A stretch of 64,000 nucleotides of DNA from the IMG/VR virus record IMGVR_UViG_3300036715_003363; one strand, given 5' to 3'. The notes under the pieces were generated by a model that saw nothing but the letters and a program-made list of their open reading frames with translations, had not been told where the DNA came from and searched no databases. Every line of letters starts with the position of its first letter. Position 1 is the stretch's first letter. Source of the DNA: a virus. Shown here piece by piece: positions 36,629 to 46,036 of the stretch. The position numbers and the translations under genes are program-made.

Positions 36629-37399
36629 TAAAATAGCTGCGCACTCGTCTTGTAGATCGTTAGTATCAATTACTTTATAACTGTCATTATCGGAATTGAA
36701 CCAAACAACTGAATGTTTTGCAATTTTTACGCATGTATACTTTTCAATAAAATGCTTATACAATGAAAGCTGAAGACTGTATGTATTAAATTCACAGCTA
36801 TCAAGATAAGAAACTGGATCTAATAATTTTTCACCCCATGGATTAACAGTCTTAATGTTTTTATTAGTTTTAATATCCAACAGCTCAAACGTATCATTTT
36901 CAATGTTATACATTAGTAAGTCTAACATGCCACAAATTTTTGTATTATCAATATCACCAACAATAAATTCATTCTTAATTGGCATCAATACACTTTTTGT
37001 ATCATTAAAAAAAGTGTAGAACTGCTTAATGAGATATGGAATTTCGCTTCGTAGCTCTGCGTGCAAATTAACACCAAGCTCTCTTTCAACTTTTCCTTTA
37101 TCGTAAGGAACAAATTTATTTGAGTAGTAATTCTCAATGTAATTATGAATTATTGATCCCTTTGTTGTTGAATACAAATTTCCAATTCTCCAAATTTCCT
37201 TTTGCTCTTCAGGAGTAATTCCAGCTTTTTTAGCTGAAATTTCAGCCCATTTATCAAGCTCAAAGACAGGTTTACATCTTTCGAGTACACCAGTAACAGA
37301 TTTGTTAGCTGATGGTTTTCCGTCTACTAAGTAAATATGTGTACCGCTTTTAAAAGTTACACGGTCAAATACTCGTAGACTTATTAGTTCTTTTTTCAT
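36608..37399 (-). CDS. PD-(D/E)XK exonuclease
   Basis: SVTGVL, GSIIHNYIE, CGMLDLL, LDIKTN, YSLQLSLY. Confidence 0.82.
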   Translation of the reverse strand: MKKELISLRVFDRVTFKSGTHIYLVDGKPSANKSVTGVLERCKPVFELDKWAEISAKKAGITPEEQKEIWRIGNLYSTTKGSIIHNYIENYYSNKFVPYDKGKVERELGVNLHAELRSEIPYLIKQFYTFFNDTKSVLMPIKNEFIVGDIDNTKICGMLDLLMYNIENDTFELLDIKTNKNIKTVNPWGEKLLDPVSYLDSCEFNTYSLQLSLYKHFIEKYTCVKIAKHSVVWFNSDNDSYKVIDTNDLQDECAAILSNYPRC

Positions 37400-38024
37400 T
37401 TATTTTTTTAATTGGGCATTTACAAAGCTTAAAAATACTGCAACCTTCACAGTTCTTGCCGTTGTTAAGAAAGATGTGTGGTCTGTGACATGAAGAGTGA
37501 GTTAGTGATTCAACATCTTTTGCATTTTTCATATTGAGAAACGTTGGTACTTTATCTCTGTTAACTGCATACTTTGCTCTTACTGCAGAATCCGACATAA
37601 AATCTTCTATAAAAGAGTTTGTAAGTTTTTTCTCTTTGCGCCTCTTAACTTTTTCGCGATCTTTAATTTTAGGAGCGTAGCACCTTAAAAATTTTAAAGG
37701 TAGGTCTGTTTTATCCTTACAGTTAAATTTGTTTCTTATTTCGTATTCAGTGTAGCCTTCTTTAAGAAGTTTTATTGCTTCTTTACAGACGTAATATTGA
37801 ACGTAGTCCGAAGAGGAGGGAAACTTAAGTTTAAGCGATCGAGCTTCAAGCTGCGCTTTTGAAATTTTAAAAGTTTGCCCAGTTAAAATACAAACACATA
37901 CTGGTCGAAGAGGTTTCTTTACAACTTTTAGTTTCTTTACAACTTTCTTAGACGAAAGTTTTCTTAGTGACTTTTTTTTGATTAAGACTTTTTTCTTATT
38001 AACTGGTTTCTTCTTTGTAGCCAT
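37365..38024 (-). CDS. Basic Cys-rich protein related to 25908/28165
   Basis: Lys-rich N-terminus; CILTGQ; C-terminal SCHRPHIFLNNGKNCEGCSIFKLC. Confidence 0.6.
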   Translation of the reverse strand: MATKKKPVNKKKVLIKKKSLRKLSSKKVVKKLKVVKKPLRPVCVCILTGQTFKISKAQLEARSLKLKFPSSSDYVQYYVCKEAIKLLKEGYTEYEIRNKFNCKDKTDLPLKFLRCYAPKIKDREKVKRRKEKKLTNSFIEDFMSDSAVRAKYAVNRDKVPTFLNMKNAKDVESLTHSSCHRPHIFLNNGKNCEGCSIFKLCKCPIKKINEKRTNKSTSI

Positions 38025-38080
38025 TGTATTATATGTGCTCCGCGGAGGAAAAGGGCCCTCCCGGAGAAGGGCCCTTTCGA

Positions 38081-38305
38081 TTAACGACTCTCCTTAACGC
38101 GTGCAAAGCGACCATTATTGTCACGAACGTTGTAATAACGCTCCTGAAGAACGACGGTGTTGGTGCGATCGATGAAGCCAATGAATTCATACTTCGAGGT
38201 ATCAAGATAATGGTCAACGATGCTCTCTTTAACGTAACGAGGTGCAATGGAGTCAATATTAAATCCAGCGATTTCACTAAGGTTCTTTGTGGTCATGTTG
38301 TTCAT
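38081..38305 (-). CDS. Hypothetical protein
   Basis: Co-oriented; ends VRDNNGRFARVK. Confidence 0.5.
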   Translation of the reverse strand: MNNMTTKNLSEIAGFNIDSIAPRYVKESIVDHYLDTSKYEFIGFIDRTNTVVLQERYYNVRDNNGRFARVKESR

Positions 38306-38337
38306 GAAGTATTATGTTATATGCTTATAAGTGAATA

Positions 38338-39504
38338 TCAACGGAACCCCATGCGCTTTTCTTCTTTAATTAAAGGAGTTGAGGTGTTTTCAACGTTTAG
38401 GTTGAAAATATCTGCTAGTGAAAGAGGTTCTTTTACAACATAGTCTCCACCAATTTCTTCAATGAGTTTCTTTGCCGTTGGCACGCTGAGTTTTTCAAAC
38501 GCGTACTCTTTTTTGAGTCTGCCTTTGCGGAGAAGAGCAGCATCAAGCTCGTGGCGCGGATTGTTATAGGTCGCAATGATTGATACGTTAAAGATGTCTC
38601 CCATAATTCCGTCTGTAAGGTTTAAGATGGTTGATACGAGTGATGAGCTGTCTCCTGCGTCTCTTTGTAATAGAGCCTTTTCAGCATCTTCGATAACAAT
38701 AACGCAGTGTTTTTTGTTTAGAAGTGCAGGGATAAATGCAGGGTCAGTAATTGCATCAATGAAGTTCGTTGGAACATAAATTACATTTCTGCTAATGACA
38801 GAGGAAAGATACTTAATGTATGTTGTTTTTCCTGTCCCTGGAGGGCCGTGAAGAAGGTATAGACCGCTTTTATTTTTGCTTAGACTACTTACGATTTGTT
38901 TACTAATTTCAGCAAACTCTGGTTCATAGTGAGTGTTAATATTATAACTATCAGGAAGAGATACTTCAAAGGGTTCAAACGCAAAACCCTTTGAAGTTTT
39001 AATAATTGTGTAGATTACGGACTTGAAGTCTGGTGTATATATAAACTGTTCAAAATCTTCAATTGGTGCCTTAGTGCCTGGGCAGTGAAAGATTGTAATT
39101 GATAGTTTAAGAGATTCATCCTTTAACGACTTTGATTTTTTTGTTACGATTTCAATGATGCAATCTTTATAGGAAAATCTCGCGATGTAATCATTACCAG
39201 CTACATCCCAGTCGGTTAGAAAGCAATCGTCACTATCGTATCTTTCTCTCGCGGGCATTTTATTTTTTGTTGGAGTAGCGGAAAGAAAGTCAGAGATAAG
39301 CTCGCCGTTATCTCTGAGATAACTTAAAGCTTCAAGAGAATAATCATCACCGGAATAAAGAGTGCATGGAATCATTCCATGCTTATGCTGAAACAGAATT
39401 CCGATAGCAAGGTCTTGTGTACCGTGTCTTGTACTAAACATTTCGATAGTCTTGCTAACTTTAAACGGCTTTCCTACTCCAGTTTGAAGAATATTGTTGT
39501 TCAT
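38338..39504 (-). CDS. AAA+ ATPase (classic AAA / BCS1-like)
   Basis: HGPPGTGKT, IEDAE, ILNLTDG, LDAALLRKGRL. Confidence 0.85.
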   Translation of the reverse strand: MNNNILQTGVGKPFKVSKTIEMFSTRHGTQDLAIGILFQHKHGMIPCTLYSGDDYSLEALSYLRDNGELISDFLSATPTKNKMPARERYDSDDCFLTDWDVAGNDYIARFSYKDCIIEIVTKKSKSLKDESLKLSITIFHCPGTKAPIEDFEQFIYTPDFKSVIYTIIKTSKGFAFEPFEVSLPDSYNINTHYEPEFAEISKQIVSSLSKNKSGLYLLHGPPGTGKTTYIKYLSSVISRNVIYVPTNFIDAITDPAFIPALLNKKHCVIVIEDAEKALLQRDAGDSSSLVSTILNLTDGIMGDIFNVSIIATYNNPRHELDAALLRKGRLKKEYAFEKLSVPTAKKLIEEIGGDYVVKEPLSLADIFNLNVENTSTPLIKEEKRMGFR

Positions 39505-39505
39505 A

Positions 39506-40576
39506 TTATTTCATGAAAGGATTTGGAGGAACCTCTCTAAGCTCAGGGCCTTTAAAAAAGAGTTCGGAGGCAAAGCGGTTAATTTCAAGTCGAGCTCTTG
39601 AATCCTTTTCGCCTAGTTTGTGTGACGCAACAAACGTGAGAGCATTGAACAGATCATAGCTGTTAACGTTTGATGTTGCACTACTCTTCCAACGAGCGTT
39701 TTTACTTGCAAGATTTACTCCAGCACCAGCATATGCATTAACAATTGAAGTGTCGTCGAAGATACCTCCTTGATCAAGAGCGTTATCAAAGCCTTTTGCG
39801 AGTTTTTGCGCAATAAAATACTCTCTAAGAGAGGCTGCACTCTCAAGAAGTCTCTTTCCATTTTTTATTACATCCTTTGTTCCTTCCGCACCAGATGCAT
39901 ACGGCGCAATTTGACGGTTAAATGTTCGTTGTGTTAAATCTTTTGAGATAACAAAGCGTTGTGTCATTTGGTGTACAGCCTTCATTCCGTTTGCACAGAT
40001 GAGACGGATATAGAATGGATACGTCTGAAACTTATTTAACCCTGCGGTTGTTCCAAAGCCTCCTTCCCAAATATCTTTTCCGTCTCCAAATACATCGATT
40101 GAAAAACTCGGTGAACGAAAATCAGTATGAACTGAAAGATCGACCGGATTAAAATACATTGAAGATAGAGTAAGATCTTCAGTATGTGTTTTTAGAAAAT
40201 TTTCCGTGTATTGAAGACTTTTTGAAAGATCAATAAACCCGTCATTTTCTTCTCGATAAGAAACGATTTGCGAGACCTCTTTACACTTTGTGTTGATAAC
40301 TGCAGTAACCTTTATATCTTCTTTAATACAAGCAAGTGCTTCATGAAGAGGCTCCCATTGCTCTGCATCATCTTTAATGTCATCAACAAGACTCTTCTTA
40401 ACGCCAAGAAGGCTTAGAAGGCCCTCAATTGACTGTTCAGTAAACTTATTTCCGTTAACAATAAATGTGTCTTTATTTTTCTGAATATCCGAAACACTTA
40501 AATGAACTAAACGATATTCATCGATAGTGCTTTGAACTTTTTCTTTTGCGGCGACGTACCTGTCAATTGTTTTCAT
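39506..40576 (-). CDS. DUF932-like protein
   Basis: RLICANGM motif; YDLFNALTFVASH. Confidence 0.55.
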   Translation of the reverse strand: MKTIDRYVAAKEKVQSTIDEYRLVHLSVSDIQKNKDTFIVNGNKFTEQSIEGLLSLLGVKKSLVDDIKDDAEQWEPLHEALACIKEDIKVTAVINTKCKEVSQIVSYREENDGFIDLSKSLQYTENFLKTHTEDLTLSSMYFNPVDLSVHTDFRSPSFSIDVFGDGKDIWEGGFGTTAGLNKFQTYPFYIRLICANGMKAVHQMTQRFVISKDLTQRTFNRQIAPYASGAEGTKDVIKNGKRLLESAASLREYFIAQKLAKGFDNALDQGGIFDDTSIVNAYAGAGVNLASKNARWKSSATSNVNSYDLFNALTFVASHKLGEKDSRARLEINRFASELFFKGPELREVPPNPFMK

Positions 40577-40630
40577 GCCCCCATTATAGGGGAGTATGAA
40601 TTAAGCTCCAGCTTTTTTTTGTAGAGTTTT

Positions 40631-40828
40631 TTACTTTGTACTCTTTTTCTCTTTACGGGAATTTTTTTCCTCTTGGATGTTTTTTCTCTCTTCTCTTCCG
40701 TATTTGATAATATCCTGAAGAACTTTTCTTGCACGAGCACCTGCTGCATTATTTCCACTATAAAATTTTTCAGCTTCAATAGCAAAATTAGAGGCTAGTT
40801 CTGTTAGACTTGTTGATGTGTTGGGCAT
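40631..40828 (-). CDS. Small basic histone H1-like (Hc1-type) protein
   Basis: EAEKFYSGNNAAGARARKVLQ; start placed at M14 of the ORF-track call. Confidence 0.6.
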   Translation of the reverse strand: MPNTSTSLTELASNFAIEAEKFYSGNNAAGARARKVLQDIIKYGREERKNIQEEKNSRKEKKSTK

Positions 40829-40866
40829 AGTACAGTACTTAATATTACATAAATATAAAATCAACA

Positions 40867-41043
40867 ATGAAATCGTTTAAATATTTTTTTGAATCAAAAG
40901 CATTTAAAGTGTCACCTGAGAGAGTCGAGGATAATATCATTGATATCTCTCATGTAAAAGAGAGAAAACGCTTTGCACCTCCTACAAAAAAGTTTAAAAA
41001 TAAGACAAAATACTCAAGGAGTAAGGTCAAAAACGAGGTGTAA
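40867..41043 (+). CDS. 58-aa basic peptide with T4-like capsid-targeting N-terminus (not in ORF track)
   Basis: MKSFKYFFES...RKRFAPPTKKFKNKTKYSRSK. Confidence 0.55.
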   Translation: MKSFKYFFESKAFKVSPERVEDNIIDISHVKERKRFAPPTKKFKNKTKYSRSKVKNEV

Positions 41044-41091
41044 CTTCAATTACATCTATTGTAAACGAATTAAGTATCCACTTTAACTGTT

Positions 41092-41391
41092 TTACCAATC
41101 AACAAGCCCGAACACTTCTTTAGGCTCAGACGACTGTTGCCACTGATCTTCACTAACCAGTTTTTTCCCCATTATATACTCAAGGGTTGATTGAAGCTCC
41201 TTTTGACTCGTTACTTCATAACTAAGATATGTGCCGTCTGGCAATGTGTGAACAATTTCTGCGGAATCTAAATCTGTGCTCAACTCAACCACAATTTCTC
41301 CTACTTTTTCATCTTTAAATGAATATGTGAAGAATCTTTCATCTTGTACTCCATTAAATTCAAAGTTGATATTATCAATATACTTTTTCAT
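41092..41391 (-). CDS. Hypothetical protein
   Basis: Co-oriented cluster. Confidence 0.5.
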   Translation of the reverse strand: MKKYIDNINFEFNGVQDERFFTYSFKDEKVGEIVVELSTDLDSAEIVHTLPDGTYLSYEVTSQKELQSTLEYIMGKKLVSEDQWQQSSEPKEVFGLVDW

Positions 41392-41450
41392 GCATTTTTT
41401 TTGGTGTTTACTGTTGTCATTTTATGTGGGTTATAAATTATTGCAACTGC

Positions 41451-42128
41451 TTATATATCAATTTCATTATCGTCGAGATATATCTCTAGATTGTGTTGAA
41501 GTTCTTGTACAACGTTACAAAAATCAGATCCTTCTTCTATATCAATTTCGAAAACATCAGGAGTTGTTGAAAGATATGCCTGAATTTCATCCTTAATGAC
41601 CTCTTGACAATACCCCATATCCTTAAGGAACTTTGTCATCTTTTGTTCTTGAGAGGCGGAAATTGAATCAACTAGTTCATCAACTGTTTCTCTGTAAGAT
41701 GAATCCGTGTAATAGAGTCCATGGCACACTTCGTGTCTTACTGTTCCCCATGCGTTCTCTGTTGCGCCAATGAGGTAGTATTTGTAGTTTGTAATTGCTG
41801 GAACATCTTGATTATGAATTTTTAAAATAACATTGTCGTATAGATTTAGATCAGGAATGCTTTGACTATATAGACTTTCAATTGCAATAGACGGAACGTT
41901 AAACCCAAACCAATCTGTAGGATATGTAAATGACTTTTCACCTCTTTCATGGGTGTAGAGTCTTTGATACTCTGCTATACTGAATACTTTGCCACGAATT
42001 TCTTTATATGGCGATTCGTAGTATTCCTGCACCCTACAAAACGTCATAGCAAGATCATAAGGATCCTTCATTGCACATAAAAATACAGACGGAGCAACCT
42101 CCTTGAGTTTATATTTAACTGGCTTCAT
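41451..42128 (-). CDS. Hypothetical protein with HExxH motif
   Basis: VRHEVCHGLYY...DEIQAY. Confidence 0.6.
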   Translation of the reverse strand: MKPVKYKLKEVAPSVFLCAMKDPYDLAMTFCRVQEYYESPYKEIRGKVFSIAEYQRLYTHERGEKSFTYPTDWFGFNVPSIAIESLYSQSIPDLNLYDNVILKIHNQDVPAITNYKYYLIGATENAWGTVRHEVCHGLYYTDSSYRETVDELVDSISASQEQKMTKFLKDMGYCQEVIKDEIQAYLSTTPDVFEIDIEEGSDFCNVVQELQHNLEIYLDDNEIDI

Positions 42129-42169
42129 TGCGACTATTATAGTCTCCGACTATCAACGATGCAACTATA

Positions 42170-42538
42170 TTATGATTTATATGCGATAACTGCACCTGGC
42201 GCGATGCTAAATCCCTGTATTTGTCCTGATATTGTGAAGTTTGCAGGAAGAGAGTAATTTGCAATGTTTCCAATGGATGTATCTGTCGCCGTTAATCCAG
42301 TAAGTCTTGTCGCTGAGAGTGTAATAAGCGATGAAAACGATCCCTGAATTGAAGAAGTTCCGTCGACAAAGGTAAATCCTTTTGATGTTACAATATCATT
42401 AACGCCATAAACTGCTCTTGCAAACATGGGTCTGTTTTGATCGTTAGTTACAGGAATCCATGAATATGTCTCCGCTATTCCGAGATTATATGTTGGTATA
42501 CCGTTTCCGCCTGTTAGTACTGAAGTAAGAGTCGCCAT
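42170..42538 (-). CDS. Hypothetical (virion-like) protein
   Basis: TAAATAA upstream; Thr/Ser/Gly-rich. Confidence 0.55.
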   Translation of the reverse strand: MATLTSVLTGGNGIPTYNLGIAETYSWIPVTNDQNRPMFARAVYGVNDIVTSKGFTFVDGTSSIQGSFSSLITLSATRLTGLTATDTSIGNIANYSLPANFTISGQIQGFSIAPGAVIAYKS

Positions 42539-42549
42539 TGTATTATTTA

Positions 42550-42909
42550 TTAAGATTCGTTAGCCTTCTGATTGATAAGCATTTGAACCTCTTGGTCGTT
42601 GTTAAGAGCATCAAGTTCTTCGTCCGTAAGAGGTGTTCCGTCTTCATATGAAGCAGAATAGATAGAAGCGTCAGCAAAATCAGGCTTATCTTCCGGATCT
42701 ACTCCATCAAGTTTAATTGAGCTGAGATCTACAGATTTACCGTTAATTTCAACACTCGCTTTTGCTTCGTTGTGACATTCCTCAGCATCAACTTCAAGAG
42801 GCTTAGTATAATCTGGGCCTGAATACGCTGGTTTTGACATCTGGATTGGCTCGCGAGGCACTGTGTCGTAAGCTTCTGAAATTAGCTTATCTGTGTTTTT
42901 ATTAATCAT
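42550..42909 (-). CDS. Hypothetical phage protein
   Basis: MINKNTDKLISEAY; IKLDGVDPEDKPDFADASIYSA..EDGTPLTDEELD. Confidence 0.6.
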   Translation of the reverse strand: MINKNTDKLISEAYDTVPREPIQMSKPAYSGPDYTKPLEVDAEECHNEAKASVEINGKSVDLSSIKLDGVDPEDKPDFADASIYSASYEDGTPLTDEELDALNNDQEVQMLINQKANES

Positions 42910-43042
42910 AGCAAGGATCTTCAGTTTTATTTGTTTGACGCTCTTTATCACCATTACACTTACAATCAGGGCATCCATCACACTTACATCCCTTCTTTGC
43001 GTATTCGCATTTAATTTTGTCAGATTTAATCGGAACGTTCAT
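42902..43042 (-). CDS. 46-aa Cys-rich metallothionein-like peptide (not in ORF track)
   Basis: MNVPIKSDKIKCEYAKKGCKCDGCPDCKCNGDKERQTNKTEDPCYD; TAAATAA upstream; ATGATTAA overlap with the next gene. Confidence 0.55.
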   Translation of the reverse strand: MNVPIKSDKIKCEYAKKGCKCDGCPDCKCNGDKERQTNKTEDPCYD

Positions 43043-43055
43043 ATTGTTTATTTAA

Positions 43056-43526
43056 TCACAGCTCATCTATTATCTCTTCAAAAGTGTTTTTTGCTCTTGA
43101 TGAGAGATTGTCCTTCATTGCCTCTTGCTTTAGATACTGTACTCTTTTATTGAAATCCCACTCTCTTCTAATATATTTTATCGCTAAATCTCTGAGCTCT
43201 CCGTGAATAATATACTCCCCATTTGGCTTAGCATCCGGCCCCATAATAATTATTCCGGACTGAAGATTTACCGTTTCAAACACACTTAGTGTAATATCAG
43301 CGTCATTGCCAGTGCTATTCTTTATTGGATTACCTGTGACTTCATCTATATAATTTACTTGCAGTGTAAATGTATCAGTAATAACATCTTCTTCTGACTG
43401 AGTGTTTACTCTTTCAAGTTTTATAAATTTTACAGTTGCAGGTTTTCCGTGAATATAGCCTTCCCACGGTTTAAAAAAAGAAGGAGTATTCTCTAATAGT
43501 ATTTTGTAGCGCTCTTTAAAGTTCAT
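43056..43526 (-). CDS. Hypothetical protein with TFxxIxxEL C-terminus
   Basis: Ends NTFEEIIDEL. Confidence 0.6.
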   Translation of the reverse strand: MNFKERYKILLENTPSFFKPWEGYIHGKPATVKFIKLERVNTQSEEDVITDTFTLQVNYIDEVTGNPIKNSTGNDADITLSVFETVNLQSGIIIMGPDAKPNGEYIIHGELRDLAIKYIRREWDFNKRVQYLKQEAMKDNLSSRAKNTFEEIIDEL

Positions 43527-43628
43527 CTATATTATCTTCAAATGTATTTCATCTTTCTTAAGATTGTGTCTCCATATCCAGAGATTTTTAATCGATAACA
43601 TAACAATATCTTACTTGTAAGTTATTAA

Positions 43629-43877
43629 TTAAAGAGCGCTGACATGAAAATTTAACGCTTTAAGAAACTTATCTCTATAATTTTTGATTGGTGCTGGTTG
43701 AGGTGTATTCTCCTCAACTTCCGCTTCCGTAACCGTCTGAAGACGAGCATATTCAGCATTTAAGGCTGTGAGAAACTCTTCACTAAATTGAATCTGTTTC
43801 GGGTATCTTACACGCTTAACAGTTTTCATTGTTGTAGGAAAAAAGTTTTCGTATAGTTCGTTAAAGCGTTCGCTCAT
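43629..43877 (-). CDS. Hypothetical protein
   Basis: TAAATAA upstream. Confidence 0.55.
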   Translation of the reverse strand: MSERFNELYENFFPTTMKTVKRVRYPKQIQFSEEFLTALNAEYARLQTVTEAEVEENTPQPAPIKNYRDKFLKALNFHVSAL

Positions 43878-43885
43878 ATTATTAT

Positions 43886-44497
43886 TTAAACAGTTCTAAT
43901 GCTACCTCCCAGTTTATTTACAGCTCCCATAAGAGACTCTCCACCTTTCTTTATATTTGTTGTCCACTTATTCTCTTTTTTAAAATGCTCTAATCGCGGA
44001 CTCGCATAATCTGTATATTCGGCAATATTATGAAGACCTAAAAAGCGATTTATATCTTCAACCAATTCACTCTCATCTATAAATACTATATGTTCTCTGG
44101 CTTGAAAAAAACTCTTAAACGCAACAAATCGATTTGTTGCGCTAATATTATAGAGAGCTCTATACGCAGTGTCATAGATAGGGAAATATTTTGTATTGTT
44201 GTTTAATTCTTCATCCGACATATATGGTCTTCCGCCTTCAGTTGCTCTGCATGCATTAATAACAAATTCATCTTTATAGGCATCCCTTCCGTACAATTTT
44301 TTTATTTGTTCTGCTATAAGCGTCACTACCTTTGTAGGCGTACTAATATCGTTCACGCTAATTACACCTTTTTTTGCTTCTTCACGTGTAGTGCCTGGAT
44401 ATTTTATCTTACTTGAAGGATCAGCGGGCACTCCGTCTTTTCCGATGAAATTATCCTCGCTCAATACCTCTGTAACAATAAAATTAAAATCGATCAT
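43886..44497 (-). CDS. Hypothetical protein
   Basis: TAAATAA upstream; MIDFNFIVTEVLSE. Confidence 0.55.
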   Translation of the reverse strand: MIDFNFIVTEVLSEDNFIGKDGVPADPSSKIKYPGTTREEAKKGVISVNDISTPTKVVTLIAEQIKKLYGRDAYKDEFVINACRATEGGRPYMSDEELNNNTKYFPIYDTAYRALYNISATNRFVAFKSFFQAREHIVFIDESELVEDINRFLGLHNIAEYTDYASPRLEHFKKENKWTTNIKKGGESLMGAVNKLGGSIRTV

Positions 44498-44598
44498 ATC
44501 TGTTATTTAATCGACGTAGAACTCTTAATCATCTCTTTACGCTTCTTAGCGTTAGTAGGATTTACCTAAAAGCTTCTAAGCTGACAGTCACTCTATAT

Positions 44599-45225
44599 TT
44601 AAGAGTAAATTAATGAAGGATCTTCTTCTGTATACGGATTTCCGGTGTCTTTAATGTAGAGCTGAATCTGATCACAGCGAAGATCCGCAGGGCCCTCCAG
44701 CGCAATAACTGCAGGACAATCGCGTAGAGGAAGGAAAATACCCGAGTTCTTTTCGTATGATGTGACTATCGCCCTAAAGATATTGTCAATCTCTTCTCTG
44801 TATTCTGGAGAGTTGTCTCTGTGCTTTCTTTTGACGAGCGGAATTTCTTTATCGAGAGGTAGATAAAAAATAATATCAAATAATTTAACTGTCTCCGCCA
44901 TGAGATATTTGCAATCCATTACAAATTCATCTGAAACTTTCTTATTTGCATTAAGCCAGAGAGTGTACGCAATGTTATCAACAACGCAACGATCGAAAAT
45001 AATATCTGTTTTATCTGACCCTGCAGCTGCTTGAGCTTCGTCAATGAGAGCGTTTAGAATGAGTCGCTGAGATTTTTCATCTCCCTTTCTATTGAGTTTT
45101 ACTTTTGCATCGAGAAAGTCTCTATATGTCTTCTCAGGTTTAGAGTACATTGGCCACCTCTTAAGGAATTCTTCGATGAGAGTCGTTTTGCCGTTCGAGT
45201 GTGTACCAATAATACCGATTTTCAT
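44599..45225 (-). CDS. P-loop nucleotide kinase (AAA_28/NadR-like)
   Basis: IIGTHSNGKTT; FDRCVVDNIAY. Confidence 0.75.
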   Translation of the reverse strand: MKIGIIGTHSNGKTTLIEEFLKRWPMYSKPEKTYRDFLDAKVKLNRKGDEKSQRLILNALIDEAQAAAGSDKTDIIFDRCVVDNIAYTLWLNANKKVSDEFVMDCKYLMAETVKLFDIIFYLPLDKEIPLVKRKHRDNSPEYREEIDNIFRAIVTSYEKNSGIFLPLRDCPAVIALEGPADLRCDQIQLYIKDTGNPYTEEDPSLIYS

Positions 45226-45257
45226 ATATGTTTAATTATACTACTCTGAGCTCTTTA

Positions 45258-46013
45258 TCAAACACGTAGGGCTTTGTTCCAAATCAAAAGTTGTAATCTC
45301 GGACTAAAATTAACACCCATTGCTTTTGCAAACTCTGCAACGGCTGGAGATTTATCAATAAGTTCCTGTCTTGATCCGCAGCAAGGCATAAACCAAATAC
45401 GATTTAAGGGCACATGAATATCTTCCTTATCATCGACATATTTTTTCCAAATCTCCTCAATATCTCTATCTGAAGTGATGACAAATTTAAAGCCTGAATT
45501 TTGCTCTACATGCCAACGAAGAACATCTGGTTTATATGTTTTACTCTCTGGATCTCCATTTGTTGTTAATTTAGGAGAGGTGGTAAATGTTGCACCAACT
45601 TCGTGTTCAACCCATCCTCTATCGGGAGTTATTGTTGCATTTGTCTCGAAATCAATACGCGGCTGAAACTCGTATTTTTTTATAAATTCTTTCACAAAGG
45701 GTAAAAGCTTCTTCTGCTGTTGAAGCGGTTCACCGCCAGTTAGCTTCCAGATAGCACCGTTTTTAAGATTGTCAATAAGAAGATTATCTTTATAAAACTT
45801 AAAAATGTCCTTAAAGGAAGTTTTATTTTTAATTGACCAGGAGATAAAGGAATCACATCCATGAGGAGAATCAGGCGAAGCGAAGCTCTTGCAGGTCAAA
45901 TTGCATCCCGCTAAACGAAAAAATACACTAGGTCTACCTATATGTTCACCCTCTCCCTCCAAAGTATAAAATCCGGGGCCATCATCACTTACTAACAAAA
46001 AGTCATTGCTCAT
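45258..46013 (-). CDS. queE: 7-carboxy-7-deazaguanine synthase QueE (radical SAM)
   Basis: TLEGEG.HIGRPSVFFRLAGCNLTC...CDS, LTGGEP, FETNAT, SPKL, FKFVI, SPRLQ. Confidence 0.88.
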   Translation of the reverse strand: MSNDFLLVSDDGPGFYTLEGEGEHIGRPSVFFRLAGCNLTCKSFASPDSPHGCDSFISWSIKNKTSFKDIFKFYKDNLLIDNLKNGAIWKLTGGEPLQQQKKLLPFVKEFIKKYEFQPRIDFETNATITPDRGWVEHEVGATFTTSPKLTTNGDPESKTYKPDVLRWHVEQNSGFKFVITSDRDIEEIWKKYVDDKEDIHVPLNRIWFMPCCGSRQELIDKSPAVAEFAKAMGVNFSPRLQLLIWNKALRV

Positions 46014-46036
46014 GTTTTGATTATAATCTCCTTATT

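Noticed and set aside
36608-37399. Cas4 as part of a CRISPR system
   Set aside because: It lacks the Cas4 four-cysteine cluster and any cas context; better read as a generic PD-(D/E)XK exonuclease.
38024-38443. Plus-strand ORFs 38024-38443 and 38029-38277, and other short antisense or overlapping ORF-track calls
   Set aside because: They shadow better-supported genes on the opposite strand or frame and show no motifs or promoters.
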